Shown here in pieces: positions 18,379 through 28,287 of a stretch of 64,000 bases of DNA. The number at the start of each line of letters is the position of its first letter. Position 1 is the stretch's first letter. The DNA comes from Anaerolineae bacterium (lineage in GTDB: Bacteria; Chloroflexota; Anaerolineae; Aggregatilineales; UBA3940). Position numbers and translations under genes: made by a program. The notes under the pieces were generated by a model that ran no database searches, was not told where the DNA came from, and was given only the letters and a program-made list of their open reading frames with translations. The DNA is taken from contig DAOTYH010000103.1 in NCBI GenBank assembly GCA_034435015.1, forward strand, positions 741 to 64,740, in the 5' to 3' direction.

Positions 18379-19362
18379 TCACTCAGCAGGGTTGCTGACC
18401 AAGCAGGCAGGGCCTCCAGGTGAAGCTGTCAGTACAGTCTGCACGCCATCTACCTGCCGGAGCAACTGTTCAAGTTGTTCATGATGAGGCGGCAAAGTAA
18501 TGACGTGGACGTTGGGGCCTGCGTCAATAGTAAAGCAAGCAGGGATACCGTCTGCACGCCATCTGCGGATAAGCTGTATCAACTGGAGGGTGGCGGGAAG
18601 CCAGTAAAGCAGGGGCGGGTGAGAGGTCATCATAACGGCATGCATCATGAGCGCGTCTTGCTCAATGACTTCAGCCAGCAGTTCAAAGTCGCGCCTCAGG
18701 ATGGCATCCCGGCATTGCTTGAGGCGGCGAGGGGTGTCTTCAACGCGGGCGGTCTGCAGCGGCGAGGTAGAAGCTAGGCTGTGACCGCTTGTCGAGCCAA
18801 TGGCCTTGTGCTCTCCACTGACAATAGTAACCAGATCAAGCAGTTCCCAATGATCGGGCGGCGCAATAGTTTCGGCGTAGGAAGAAGCATGATCCTCGCC
18901 GCTGTACCATTCGACATACCCGCCCGGCACCGAGCGGCAGGCTGATCCTGAACCAAGCCGAGCCAGAGCTGACAGCTCGCGTTCTGCCAGATCAAGTCCT
19001 AATGCCGCACAGGAAGCCACTGTGAGTGCCGCAAAAGCCGAAGCTGATGAGGCTATGCCTGCGCCGGTAGGGAAATTGTTGTGCGATACGACCTCCGCGT
19101 GAAGGTTTACCCCAGCCAGGTGCCGGATGTGATCTAAGTGACGGCTGGCTCGCCTCAGCGCCTCTCCCGTTTGAGATTGCCCGTTGAGGCTCAAGGTATC
19201 GGAGGTAAGCTCCTCTGAAAAACGGACGGTGGTAACTGTCTCCAGCCCAGACAAGTTCATTGAGATCGAGCCGTTGGCAGGCAGACGCAGTGTATCGTTA
19301 CGATTGCCCCAGTACTTGATGAAGGCGATGTTGCTACAGCTACGGGCGGTTGCGGTATACAT
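18379..19362 (-). CDS. GHMP-family mevalonate (di)phosphate decarboxylase; context suggests phosphomevalonate decarboxylase
   Basis: NIAFIKYWGNRNDTLRLPANGSISMNL, GAGIASSASAFAAL, LARLGSGSACRS. It is adjacent to isopentenyl phosphate kinase and mevalonate kinase, with no phosphomevalonate kinase in the cluster. Confidence 0.8.
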   Translation of the reverse strand: MYTATARSCSNIAFIKYWGNRNDTLRLPANGSISMNLSGLETVTTVRFSEELTSDTLSLNGQSQTGEALRRASRHLDHIRHLAGVNLHAEVVSHNNFPTGAGIASSASAFAALTVASCAALGLDLAERELSALARLGSGSACRSVPGGYVEWYSGEDHASSYAETIAPPDHWELLDLVTIVSGEHKAIGSTSGHSLASTSPLQTARVEDTPRRLKQCRDAILRRDFELLAEVIEQDALMMHAVMMTSHPPLLYWLPATLQLIQLIRRWRADGIPACFTIDAGPNVHVITLPPHHEQLEQLLRQVDGVQTVLTASPGGPACLVSNPAE

Positions 19363-19373
19363 TACGCTGTCCT

Positions 19374-20195
19374 CTACTTGCTGGCACGCAGGAGTGTGCC
19401 GGAATCAAAGTTCTCTTGGCTAAGTGCATGCAGAATGTCGCCCGGAGCGGCGCCGGAGAAGATGCGAACGCTCAGCCCTGGCACGGCCTCGCATAGCGTC
19501 AACATGGAGGTCACCTTAGCAAACATTCCGCCTGTAACGTCCGTCTTGCTGGAACTGCCCAGTACGCCCCTCAGCTCATCTAAAGTAGCCGGTGTGATGG
19601 AAGGGATCACGCGGTTATCGGCATCCAGCACACCATTGTAGTCACCTGCCAGCAATATCTGTGCCGGTCTGAGTGACCGGGCTAGATAGTCAAAGACGTC
19701 CTCCGTGCTGATGATTGTTCCACCTTGTATGTCATCTATGGCTACATCGCCGTGCACCAGGGGGACTAATCCCACTTTGAGGGCTTGCTCAATCGGTTGT
19801 GTGGCCATGTGGATCAGCCTCTTCCCTGAGCAAAGAGCTGAAGCGGAGGGTTGAATGCGAAAGACAGGTACGTCCGCCGCATCAAGAGCTTCAAGCACGA
19901 TCTGGTTGAGCTTCGCCGCGGCGGTGGCAACCTTTGCGAACCCCACCCATCCCTGGCGATCAGTGACGCCCTGATGAGTGTTGTAGCGGCTTGCAACCAT
20001 ATGCCCGAAACTACCGCTCCCGTGCCCAATCAGCAGTGACAAGTCGGGGCGTGCCTCAAGAGCGTCTTTGATTTCACCGGCTATACGGGCGATCACGTCA
20101 TAACGGGCTGTTTCGGGCTGGGACTTATCTGTAATAAGCGACCCGCCTAGTTTCAGGAAAACAAGCATGGGTTTTATCAGCCCTCTATCGCACAA
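19374..20195 (-). CDS. Isopentenyl phosphate kinase (amino-acid-kinase fold)
   Basis: LKLGGSLITDK and GHGSGSFGH motifs. The start may be the internal M at 20168. Confidence 0.8.
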   Translation of the reverse strand: MCDRGLIKPMLVFLKLGGSLITDKSQPETARYDVIARIAGEIKDALEARPDLSLLIGHGSGSFGHMVASRYNTHQGVTDRQGWVGFAKVATAAAKLNQIVLEALDAADVPVFRIQPSASALCSGKRLIHMATQPIEQALKVGLVPLVHGDVAIDDIQGGTIISTEDVFDYLARSLRPAQILLAGDYNGVLDADNRVIPSITPATLDELRGVLGSSSKTDVTGGMFAKVTSMLTLCEAVPGLSVRIFSGAAPGDILHALSQENFDSGTLLRASK

Positions 20196-21114
20196 CCGTA
20201 TGAATCACACGAGTGGCGCCAGCCTTTTCGAGCGCGCTGTAGATGGATTGTACCCGATCAGGCATAGCTAGGGCGATCATATTGCCCCCTCCTCCTCCCC
20301 CTGAAAGTTTTGCGCCCTCTGCGCCGGCATTCAGGGCGGCCTCGATCAACCGTTCAAGTTCAGGAGAGGACACCCCTAGCTCACATAGCAGGGCATGATT
20401 ACGTGTCATCAGGCGGCCAAGCTGTCCTATTTCTCCTGTCTCAATGACCTGACGGGCTTCCCTGGCTATCCGGCCTATATTGGCAAAGATAAGGTCGTAT
20501 ATTTCAGGGGCGCTGTCGCGCCGCTCGCGTACAGCACTGACGGTCTGCTTAGTGGGGCTGGCAATGCCAGTGTCTGCAATCAGCAGGTGGAAGGGGGAAT
20601 GCACCCGGAAAGTTACGGGCGGCTGGCCCCGAACAAAATAGACGGGTTGACCATAACAGATCACAGTGTTATCAATGCCGCTGGGGGTGCCGTGATAGAA
20701 CTTCTCTACCTCATAAACCAGCGCAGAGAGTTCGCTCTCATTGAAGGGCTTTTCCAAGTACATGCCCAGCGCACGAGCCAGCGCCGCCGAGATAGCCGCT
20801 CCGCTCCCCATTCCGCCTGCTATTGGGATGGTAGAGGAGGCAGTGATCAACACATCTGGTTCTGGTACTTTTAACTGTTCGAGAACCAGCCTCACGGTCA
20901 GCGCCAATCCATGGGCTGATTCTTCGGCTAGAGAGAGTTGCAGATGCAGGTCAGCGGCCTCGATGAGCACCCCTCTCCCCGGCGGGCCGGGCTGTACAGT
21001 AGCCTGAGCATAGACGTTCCACACTGGCACTGCCAGAGCAGGTTGGCCGTAAACGACGGCATGTTCGCCGAAGAGGATGATCTTGCCGGGAGCTGTGGCG
21101 GTAGCGGCTTTCAT
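20185..21114 (-). CDS. mvk: Mevalonate kinase
   Basis: GKIILFGEHAVVYG, IPIAGGMGSGAA, YHGTPSGIDN, KLSGGGGGGN. The ATG at 21114-21112 overlaps the upstream gene's TGA (ATGA). Confidence 0.9.
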   Translation of the reverse strand: MKAATATAPGKIILFGEHAVVYGQPALAVPVWNVYAQATVQPGPPGRGVLIEAADLHLQLSLAEESAHGLALTVRLVLEQLKVPEPDVLITASSTIPIAGGMGSGAAISAALARALGMYLEKPFNESELSALVYEVEKFYHGTPSGIDNTVICYGQPVYFVRGQPPVTFRVHSPFHLLIADTGIASPTKQTVSAVRERRDSAPEIYDLIFANIGRIAREARQVIETGEIGQLGRLMTRNHALLCELGVSSPELERLIEAALNAGAEGAKLSGGGGGGNMIALAMPDRVQSIYSALEKAGATRVIHTVVR

Positions 21115-22073
21115 TTGAACAGATAAAGGATCAACAAAACGGCAAAGCCCCATAGCAGGACTGTGGCCTGTAGGGGCCGATCCCGCAGGATGACCTCATC
21201 AGGTGCTCCCCCTTCGCCTCGCACATGGATCAAGTACAGGTATCGGAAGATGCCGTACAGGACGAAGGGGATGGTAAGCATCATGGAATGGTTGGCTGGA
21301 AGGCCTTCGGCACTGAAAGTGTAGAGCGCATAAGTTAAGACTGTTGCGCCGGTCACTATCTGGATCATCTCGTCCAGCAAGCCAATTGTATATTGATCAA
21401 GGATAGCACGATGATTGTTGGCATTTTCCTGTAACAGCACAAGCTCTTGACGGCGCTTCCCAAAGCCGAGGAACAACGCCAGCATGGTGGTAAAGAGATA
21501 TAGCCAAGGGGAGAAGCGCACAACCTCTACCAGCAGGACACCTCCGATCACACGTAGCAGATAGGCAGAGGCCAGAGTCATGACATCAATCAGGACAATG
21601 TGTTTCAAGCGGAAAGAATAAGCTATCTGGAGTACTAGGTAGATGAGCAAGGTAAGTGCGAACGCAGGCTTAAGCAAATAGGCCAGCGGGAAACTGATCA
21701 GCGGCAGAATGATGGCAATGCCAATTGCGACGCCCTTCGAAAGCTGGCCGGATGGGAGCGGTCTGGTGCGTTTGGTCGGATGGGCACGGTCGGCTTCAAT
21801 GTCTGTTAGGTCATTGATCAGGTAGACCGTGCTGCTGATCAGACACCAGAGGGCAAAACCAGCCAATGTCTCAAGCAAATGAGGTGCGTCAAAGAGCTTA
21901 CGATCAAAGACGAGGGGTACAAAGAGAAACCCATTCTTGATCCACTGCTTGGGGCGCATTGTGCGCAGTAGGCCGAAGAGTTGGGAAAAGAGGGTTCTTT
22001 CTGTTCCGATGATGGCAGGGGTAAAGTTGCGCTCTGAGTTCTCGCTCTGGGCCATAGTTCCACCAACACACAT
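21111..22073 (-). CDS. UbiA-family polyprenyl-phosphate 5-phosphoribosyltransferase (decaprenyl-phosphate phosphoribosyltransferase/Rv3806c-like)
   Basis: MRPKQWIKN...YLINDLTDIEADRAHPTKRTRPLPSG...RLKH...LRDRPLQ is collinear, from memory, with the mycobacterial DPPR synthase. An alternative start lies at 22055. Confidence 0.7.
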   Translation of the reverse strand: MCVGGTMAQSENSERNFTPAIIGTERTLFSQLFGLLRTMRPKQWIKNGFLFVPLVFDRKLFDAPHLLETLAGFALWCLISSTVYLINDLTDIEADRAHPTKRTRPLPSGQLSKGVAIGIAIILPLISFPLAYLLKPAFALTLLIYLVLQIAYSFRLKHIVLIDVMTLASAYLLRVIGGVLLVEVVRFSPWLYLFTTMLALFLGFGKRRQELVLLQENANNHRAILDQYTIGLLDEMIQIVTGATVLTYALYTFSAEGLPANHSMMLTIPFVLYGIFRYLYLIHVRGEGGAPDEVILRDRPLQATVLLWGFAVLLILYLFK

Positions 22074-22164
22074 GGACGGGTATTCTAGACGCGGTTATTA
22101 TAAGGTAGGTGTCACTGAATAGCCATACGGTTCTCTACGTATTTGCCGAAGCGGATTATTCCTC

Positions 22165-22968
22165 ATGGCTGGCCAATCACAGAAGATGCGCCTTGATATG
22201 TTGCTTGTCACGCGGGGGCTGGTTAGCTCCCGCGAGATAGGCCGCCGTCTGATCATGGCTGGTGAAGTGGTTGTCAATGAACAGCCAGTTACCAAGCCGG
22301 GGGCGCAGGTCTCGATAGATGCGGAGATACATCTGAAAAGCAGGCCGCGCTTTGTCAGCCGTGGGGGAGAAAAACTGGCCGCCGCTCTGGAACAATTCAA
22401 GATCGATCCTAAAGGCTGGGTGTGTGCCGATGTGGGTGCTTCGACTGGGGGCTTTACCGATTGTCTGCTTCAGGCTGGAGCGGCAAAGGTCTATGCTATT
22501 GATGTTGGGTATGGGCAACTGGCGTGGTCACTCAGGCAGGATGCGCGGGTCGTAGTCATGGAGCGGGTTAACGCCCGCTACCTCGAACGTCTGCCGGAGT
22601 GTGTCCACTTTGTCTGTATGGATGTTTCGTTCATCTCCGTCCGTTTGCTGTTGCCGGTTGTGCGGAACTGGCTTCGACCGGCAGGCCAACTTGTTGTGTT
22701 GATCAAGCCCCAGTTTGAGGCAGGGCAACAGGAGGTTGGCAGAGGGGGTGTTGTACGGGAGGCGGCCACCCATCGGCGTGTACTCAGCGAGGTCGCGGCC
22801 TTTGCTACACAACAGCATCTGGCCGTGCGGGGTGTGATTGTCTCACCCGTCCGAGGGCCGGCAGGCAATATAGAGTTCTTGATGTGGCTTGCTAATGGAG
22901 TCACTGCCCCGCCGCCTGCACAGCTAGACAATTGGATCAGTCAGGCTGTTGAGAAAGCCCATTCCTAA
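22165..22968 (+). CDS. tlyA: TlyA-family rRNA 2'-O-methyltransferase (S4 plus FtsJ-like domains)
   Basis: RLDMLLVTRGLVSSREIGRRLIMAGEVVVN (S4 domain) and ADVGASTGGFTDCLLQAGAAKVYAIDVGYGQLAW (SAM-binding). Confidence 0.88.
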   Translation: MAGQSQKMRLDMLLVTRGLVSSREIGRRLIMAGEVVVNEQPVTKPGAQVSIDAEIHLKSRPRFVSRGGEKLAAALEQFKIDPKGWVCADVGASTGGFTDCLLQAGAAKVYAIDVGYGQLAWSLRQDARVVVMERVNARYLERLPECVHFVCMDVSFISVRLLLPVVRNWLRPAGQLVVLIKPQFEAGQQEVGRGGVVREAATHRRVLSEVAAFATQQHLAVRGVIVSPVRGPAGNIEFLMWLANGVTAPPPAQLDNWISQAVEKAHS

Positions 22969-23005
22969 ATCTTTCGGGGGCCGGCTATTTTGGGGGCTGG
23001 AGACT

Positions 23006-23806
23006 CTACTCCCCCGCAAAAACAGACAGGCGTGAAAAAATTACTGAAATCGGGCTGTCTATCGTCTGGACATAAAGCCCGATGTCGCCAGTTGGCATCT
23101 CAGCAATGTCTTCGATTGTGTCGAGGGGCAGGTAGTCCATATACAGGTTCAGTGCATTGCCGAAAGCTCGAACACTGATGACATGTTCGCCGATACTAGG
23201 GTTGATGTCTGGCGGAAGTGTCCCCTCAGATAGGGTAGTGGTGCTGTTGGGGCCGGTCCGATCTAACAAGGAATAACGTCCGCTACATGTGACGACAAGA
23301 GAACGAAAGTGGTTGTCATCTTGGAAGTGAAATAACAGCCCGTAAGCTCCCTGCCCTGTGGGGCATAGAGTAGGGGTTGCAACTGCTTCGGCGTAGAATG
23401 AGTCTGTCCTAACACGGGTCGTATATACCCATAGGGCATACTGGTTGGCGTTGATCTGGTAGCCTTCTGGCACAAGGGAGGAGTTTCCATTGTCCATATC
23501 AAGAACAGGCCAGCCCGTCTGGAAGGTAGTTTCATAGAGCAGAACGCCTGCTGGAGGGCGGGCTGGTATGGAGGGGGCAGTAGACGTTGCTTGAGGGAGC
23601 GGCTGCTCTGCTGTCTCAGGAGATGTAGGGAGGCTGGGAGTTACCTGTTGGAGTGTTGGAGTAGGGGGTGGGGGAGACAAAAGTGAGGGCGTGGCAGAAA
23701 CATTACCACCTCTGAAAGAGGGGATATTGCAGGCCAGCGCGGTTAGCAGAATACTCACGGCGGCGTGTAATGGGATAGTTCGTCTCATGGATGTTGTACT
23801 CCGCAA
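23006..23806 (-). CDS. Hypothetical secreted protein with Pro-rich linker and beta-sandwich-like C-terminal domain
   Basis: N-terminal signal or anchor (IPLHAAVSILLTALAC), a Pro/Thr/Ser-rich stretch, then a ~180-aa beta-rich domain. No motif recognised. Confidence 0.4.
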   Translation of the reverse strand: MRSTTSMRRTIPLHAAVSILLTALACNIPSFRGGNVSATPSLLSPPPPTPTLQQVTPSLPTSPETAEQPLPQATSTAPSIPARPPAGVLLYETTFQTGWPVLDMDNGNSSLVPEGYQINANQYALWVYTTRVRTDSFYAEAVATPTLCPTGQGAYGLLFHFQDDNHFRSLVVTCSGRYSLLDRTGPNSTTTLSEGTLPPDINPSIGEHVISVRAFGNALNLYMDYLPLDTIEDIAEMPTGDIGLYVQTIDSPISVIFSRLSVFAGE

Positions 23807-23959
23807 ACAAAGGCGTCAACAAGTAGCCAGCCTACAGTACAGCTAGCCGGCATGGTTGTCAAGCCGCCATGATACTTGAGCGACAGGGGATTGTGTCAGG
23901 GCGGGGCTTCATCGGGTACAATGACAGTGCGTCAGGCCTGATGATAGGTGAGATGTTGT

Positions 23960-25765
23960 ATGGACGAGGCACACATTCGTAACTTCTGTATCATAGCGCA
24001 TATTGATCACGGCAAGAGTACACTTGCTGACCGCCTGCTTGAGATCACAGGCACGCTCTCAGCACGAGAGATGACCTCGCAGGTGCTTGACTCTATGGAA
24101 CTAGAGCGCGAGCGTGGAGTCACGATCAAGGCCAGCGCGGTCAGAATGAGTTATACAGCTCAAGATGGTGAGACCTATGAGATCAACCTCATTGACACAC
24201 CAGGGCATGTGGATTTCTCGTATGAGGTCTCACGGGCGCTCCAAGCATGTGAGGGAGCTGTTCTGGTAGTAGATGCCACGCAAGGCATCGAGGCACAGAC
24301 ACTGGCAAACTTGTTTATGGCGCTGGATGCCAACCTGGAGATTGTGCCGGTCGTTAACAAGATAGACCTGCCTGCGGCACGCCCCGATGAAGTGGCTGAG
24401 GAGATCGAGGACCTATTGGGTGTCAATGCCGCCGATGTGATCCAAGTCTCTGCAAAGGAAGGCACAAATGTGCCGGCAGTGCTGGAAGCTGTGATAGGGC
24501 GCGTTCCTCCGCCGCGCGGGGATGTTAATGCTCCCCTCAGGGCACTCATCTTTGACAGCCACTATGACTCATACAAAGGGGTGATCGCATATGTCCGCGT
24601 TGTGGATGGGGTGCTGAATAAGAATACCAAGTTGCTCATGATGGCAACAGGGGCAGAGTTGGAGCCGGTAGAAGTAGGTATCTTTGCCCCTGATATGCGT
24701 CCTGTGGATAGCCTTCAGGCTGGCGAGGTGGGTTATGTTGCAACTGGCCTGAAGACAATCCGGGAAGTGCGGGTGGGCGATACGATCACCTATGCACAGA
24801 ACCCGGCAGCCGAGGAACTTCCCGGATACAAGGCGGTCAAACCAATGGTCTTTGCCGGTATCTACCCGGTGGAGAGTGAAGATTACGGTTTGTTGCGCGA
24901 TGCTTTGGAGAAGTTACAGCTTAATGACGCCTCGCTCACCTTTGAGCCAGAGACATCTCAGGCCCTTAACTTTGGCTTTCGCTGTGGTTTTCTGGGCCTT
25001 TTCCACATGGAGATTGTACAGGAGCGCCTTGAACGGGAATACGATCTTGACATTATCGCTACTGCGCCCAGTGTGGAATATCAGGTTGTGAAGCGCAACA
25101 CGGGCGAGGTGATCACGGTAGACAGCCCCGCCCGGTTACCTGATGAGGGAGAGATCGAGGAAATACGTGAGCCTTGGATGCGTATTCAGATTTTCACTCC
25201 GACTGACTACATTGGCCCGATCATGGAGCTGGTTACCAAAAGGCGGGGTGAGTATATCGCCACTGAGTATCTCGATCAACGGCGTGTGATGTTGACATAT
25301 GACCTGCCGCTGGCTGAGCTGATCGTGGATTTTTATGATCGGCTCAAGTCTATCTCACGGGGATACGCTTCACTAGACTATCATTTTGTTGGTTACCGTC
25401 CAGGCGATCTGGTTAAACTGGATGTACTGGTGAATCAACAGCCGGTGGATGCGTTGGCTTTGATTGTGCACCGCGATGCGGCTTATCATAAGGGGCAGTT
25501 GCTCGTCTCTAAGTTGAAGGCGGCTATTCCCCGCCAGTTATTTGAGGTCCCGATTCAGGCGGCCATGGGCAAGCGGGTGATCAGCCGGGCCAATGTCAAA
25601 GCGTTGCGCAAGGATGTTCTGGCTAAATGTTATGGCGGTGATGTTACCCGCAAACGCAAACTGTTGGAGAAGCAGAAGAAGGGTAAGAAGCGCATGAAAA
25701 TGGTCGGGCAGGTTGAGATTCCACAGGAGGCGTTTATGACACTCCTCAAGCTAGAAGAGGATTGA
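23960..25765 (+). CDS. lepA: Elongation factor 4 (LepA)
   Basis: [29 protein letters not shown], and a conserved LepA C-terminal domain. Start at the ATG at 23960 follows AGGTGAG. Confidence 0.93.
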   Translation: MDEAHIRNFCIIAHIDHGKSTLADRLLEITGTLSAREMTSQVLDSMELERERGVTIKASAVRMSYTAQDGETYEINLIDTPGHVDFSYEVSRALQACEGAVLVVDATQGIEAQTLANLFMALDANLEIVPVVNKIDLPAARPDEVAEEIEDLLGVNAADVIQVSAKEGTNVPAVLEAVIGRVPPPRGDVNAPLRALIFDSHYDSYKGVIAYVRVVDGVLNKNTKLLMMATGAELEPVEVGIFAPDMRPVDSLQAGEVGYVATGLKTIREVRVGDTITYAQNPAAEELPGYKAVKPMVFAGIYPVESEDYGLLRDALEKLQLNDASLTFEPETSQALNFGFRCGFLGLFHMEIVQERLEREYDLDIIATAPSVEYQVVKRNTGEVITVDSPARLPDEGEIEEIREPWMRIQIFTPTDYIGPIMELVTKRRGEYIATEYLDQRRVMLTYDLPLAELIVDFYDRLKSISRGYASLDYHFVGYRPGDLVKLDVLVNQQPVDALALIVHRDAAYHKGQLLVSKLKAAIPRQLFEVPIQAAMGKRVISRANVKALRKDVLAKCYGGDVTRKRKLLEKQKKGKKRMKMVGQVEIPQEAFMTLLKLEED

Positions 25766-25782
25766 GGAGCGATACATACATT

Positions 25783-26982
25783 ATGAGTGCTATATCCCCT
25801 GAGAGGTACCCGCCCAGCTTTTTTGTTGTCATGCTATCTTCGATATTGTTTTTCTTCTCGCTTCAAGGACCATTTCCGGTCTTACCGCTTTATGCTGTTG
25901 AGATCGGGGCTGGCGAGGCAGTGTGGGGCTTGACGTTTACCCTCGTTTCAGCATTGGCGGTGACTCTCAGGTTGCCCGGTGGGGTGTTGTCGGATCGGCT
26001 GGGCCGCAAGGGTGTCATGCTTTTTGGCGGGCTGATGCTCATGGCAGGCTGGTTGATCCTATGGGGCATTCCAAACACGGCGGGGCTGTTGATTGGGCGT
26101 GCGGTTCAGGGAATTAGCATTGGCACGTTCACTACCGTGTATCGTGCCCTTATTATGGACCTGGCCCCTAAGGCCCGGCGTGGCCAGGCAGTGGGGCTAA
26201 GCAACTTGTCCTTCCCCTTGGGGGTGATCTTGGGTGCTCCGCTTGGTGAATGGATCAAGTCCCAGTACGGTTACGGCCCTACCTTTTTGTATGGAGCAGG
26301 AATGGCAGGGGCCTGCGTGCTACTGGTGTTGTTTGTCCGGAGTAATGGGCATTCGCTCTCTTCTCAATCTTTAATGAAAGGTGTTCGGGTCGTCTTTCCG
26401 CGCCGCGGCATTCAAGCCGGTATATGGGGTATGGTGAGTGTAGCGGTGGTGTTTGTCTCGGTGTTCACCTTTCTCCCTCTGCTGATGGCTGAAAGAGTGA
26501 TAGCCGGCACAGGCTTTGCCTTCAGCATTTATGCCTTCGTACAGCTTGTCGGGCAACCACTTGGTGGAAGCTTGGGAGATCGCTTTGGAAGGCGGTGGGT
26601 GGTCGTAGCTGGAGTGCTGATCAAGGCGGCGGGTATTCTTGCCTTTCTCAGCGCAAGAGGGCAGGATATTTTGTATCTAGGCAGTGCATTGGCCGGATTT
26701 GGGATCGCTCTGGTGCTGGTTAATCTTGACACCATTGTCTTGAGCAGTGCCCCATCTGACCTGAGAGGGACCGCCGCCGGCTTGGAATATGCCAGCTTTG
26801 ATTGTTGGGTAGGCATTTTAGGGTGGCTGTTGGGAGCGATCGCCGCTCGGACGGATTACGAGAGTATTTACATTCTCATGGCTGTGATGGTTGCGCTATG
26901 GGGGGTTCTGATGTGGCTCTTGATTCCCCCTCACATGGGACAGCCGATCAAACAGCCTGCCGCTGAGCCGGTGGTGCGTTAG
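25783..26982 (+). CDS. MFS transporter
   Basis: About 12 predicted TM segments with an MFS loop motif, GVLSDRLGRKGVM. Start is ambiguous (TTG at 25762 overlapping the lepA stop, or ATG at 25783). Confidence 0.75.
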   Translation: MSAISPERYPPSFFVVMLSSILFFFSLQGPFPVLPLYAVEIGAGEAVWGLTFTLVSALAVTLRLPGGVLSDRLGRKGVMLFGGLMLMAGWLILWGIPNTAGLLIGRAVQGISIGTFTTVYRALIMDLAPKARRGQAVGLSNLSFPLGVILGAPLGEWIKSQYGYGPTFLYGAGMAGACVLLVLFVRSNGHSLSSQSLMKGVRVVFPRRGIQAGIWGMVSVAVVFVSVFTFLPLLMAERVIAGTGFAFSIYAFVQLVGQPLGGSLGDRFGRRWVVVAGVLIKAAGILAFLSARGQDILYLGSALAGFGIALVLVNLDTIVLSSAPSDLRGTAAGLEYASFDCWVGILGWLLGAIAARTDYESIYILMAVMVALWGVLMWLLIPPHMGQPIKQPAAEPVVR

Positions 26983-28214
26983 CCTGACCTATCTTCTGCT
27001 TTCAGGATGACCCGCCGTAACAGAGCAAGAGCGTGCGTAGTGGCCCAGATCGGGGCATCTGTCCTTTCGTTGACCCAAGAAAAGTAGCGGGACCAGCAAC
27101 CCTCTTCATTAGCGGCGGCTAGTGCAGTACCGGTTGCTTTCTGGCCAATGTTAGATGGTTCTGGCCGTACAACAACTGCCAAGCCGTAAGCGGCTGGATA
27201 CTGACGACGGATGGCCCGCGCCGCTGTCTCAGCTAGTGCACGGGTTTCGGTTGGCGACTCTGGGCCAAGTAACTTCTTAATGAGGTCTTCGGCTGTGTCC
27301 AAGGCGAGATGGTGTACTACAACGCCCGGTGTAGAGCGAGCGGCTGTCTCCAGACGCTCCCTCAGCTTGCCATGAGTTCCAACTTCTATGCCTGCTACGC
27401 TGATATTCTCTTGAGATAGTAACTTCGCTACTACCTCGTCTATGGTCTCGTTCCCTGTGCCGTAAATCCACTCTCCTAGCCTGCGTTGTAGTTCCTCTGC
27501 AATAGGGGCAATCATCTTGTCTGCTTCGTCGCTGGTGCTGGCTTTGGCTGTAATACGGATGTCCGTCTGGCCTGTGTGGGCGGCTAGCCCTACAGTGGGA
27601 TTTGAGAGTGTCATCAGGTCGCCAATCCGGGCATCTATCTGGCTCTCGCCGATCCCTGCTGTGCGCAGGGTATAGCTCTTGATCACGGCAGGTGCGCCCA
27701 TACGTTCCTTAAGCCATGGTATGAGGATGTTATCGAGCAGGTATTTCATCTCGCGCGGAACGCCCGGTAATGTCATAATGACACCGCGCTCGGTTTCAAG
27801 GATAAAAATGGGGGCTGTACCAACTGGGTTTTCGAAAGGCGTTGCCCCCTGGGGGACGTAGGCCTGCCGTTTGTTGTTCTCGCCTAAGGTGATCCCGAAC
27901 CGATTCAGCCGTGCGGCTATCTGTTCTTCTAGGGCTGGATGGTGTTCAAGTGGACGCCCGGTTGCCCTGGCGATGGCTTCGCGTGTCACGTCATCTACAG
28001 TTGGGCCAAGTCCTCCTGAGGTGATCACGACATCTACTCGGTTGAGGGCAATGTCAATTGCATGGGCAATACGCTGTTCGTTGTCACCAACTGTTGTCCG
28101 GTATATCAGGTCAAGGCCGATCTCGCGCAGAGCGCGGGCGATGGTCGTAGCATTTGTGTCTGTGATTTCCCCCAGAAGAAGCTCAGTACCGATTGAGATG
28201 AGTTCAGCTTGCAT
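26979..28214 (-). CDS. cinA: CinA family protein (MoCF-binding domain plus nicotinamide-nucleotide amidohydrolase domain)
   Basis: MQAELISIGTELLLGEITDTNA...VVITSGGLGPTVDDVTREA. A full-length two-domain architecture. Confidence 0.85.
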   Translation of the reverse strand: MQAELISIGTELLLGEITDTNATTIARALREIGLDLIYRTTVGDNEQRIAHAIDIALNRVDVVITSGGLGPTVDDVTREAIARATGRPLEHHPALEEQIAARLNRFGITLGENNKRQAYVPQGATPFENPVGTAPIFILETERGVIMTLPGVPREMKYLLDNILIPWLKERMGAPAVIKSYTLRTAGIGESQIDARIGDLMTLSNPTVGLAAHTGQTDIRITAKASTSDEADKMIAPIAEELQRRLGEWIYGTGNETIDEVVAKLLSQENISVAGIEVGTHGKLRERLETAARSTPGVVVHHLALDTAEDLIKKLLGPESPTETRALAETAARAIRRQYPAAYGLAVVVRPEPSNIGQKATGTALAAANEEGCWSRYFSWVNERTDAPIWATTHALALLRRVILKAEDRSG

Positions 28215-28287
28215 GCTGCCTCGCAATGTCCTCTGCCTCAGAGAGGAGACACTGGATTTTACGGGTTATATCCTTTGGGGTAGGGGG

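Noticed and set aside
22992-23015. GC-rich imperfect hairpin (GGGGGCTGGAG...CTCCCCC) between tlyA and the convergent gene
   Set aside because: The stem is interrupted, lacks a flanking U-tract on either strand, and its 3' arm lies within the coding end of the minus-strand gene. The support is too weak to call it a terminator.
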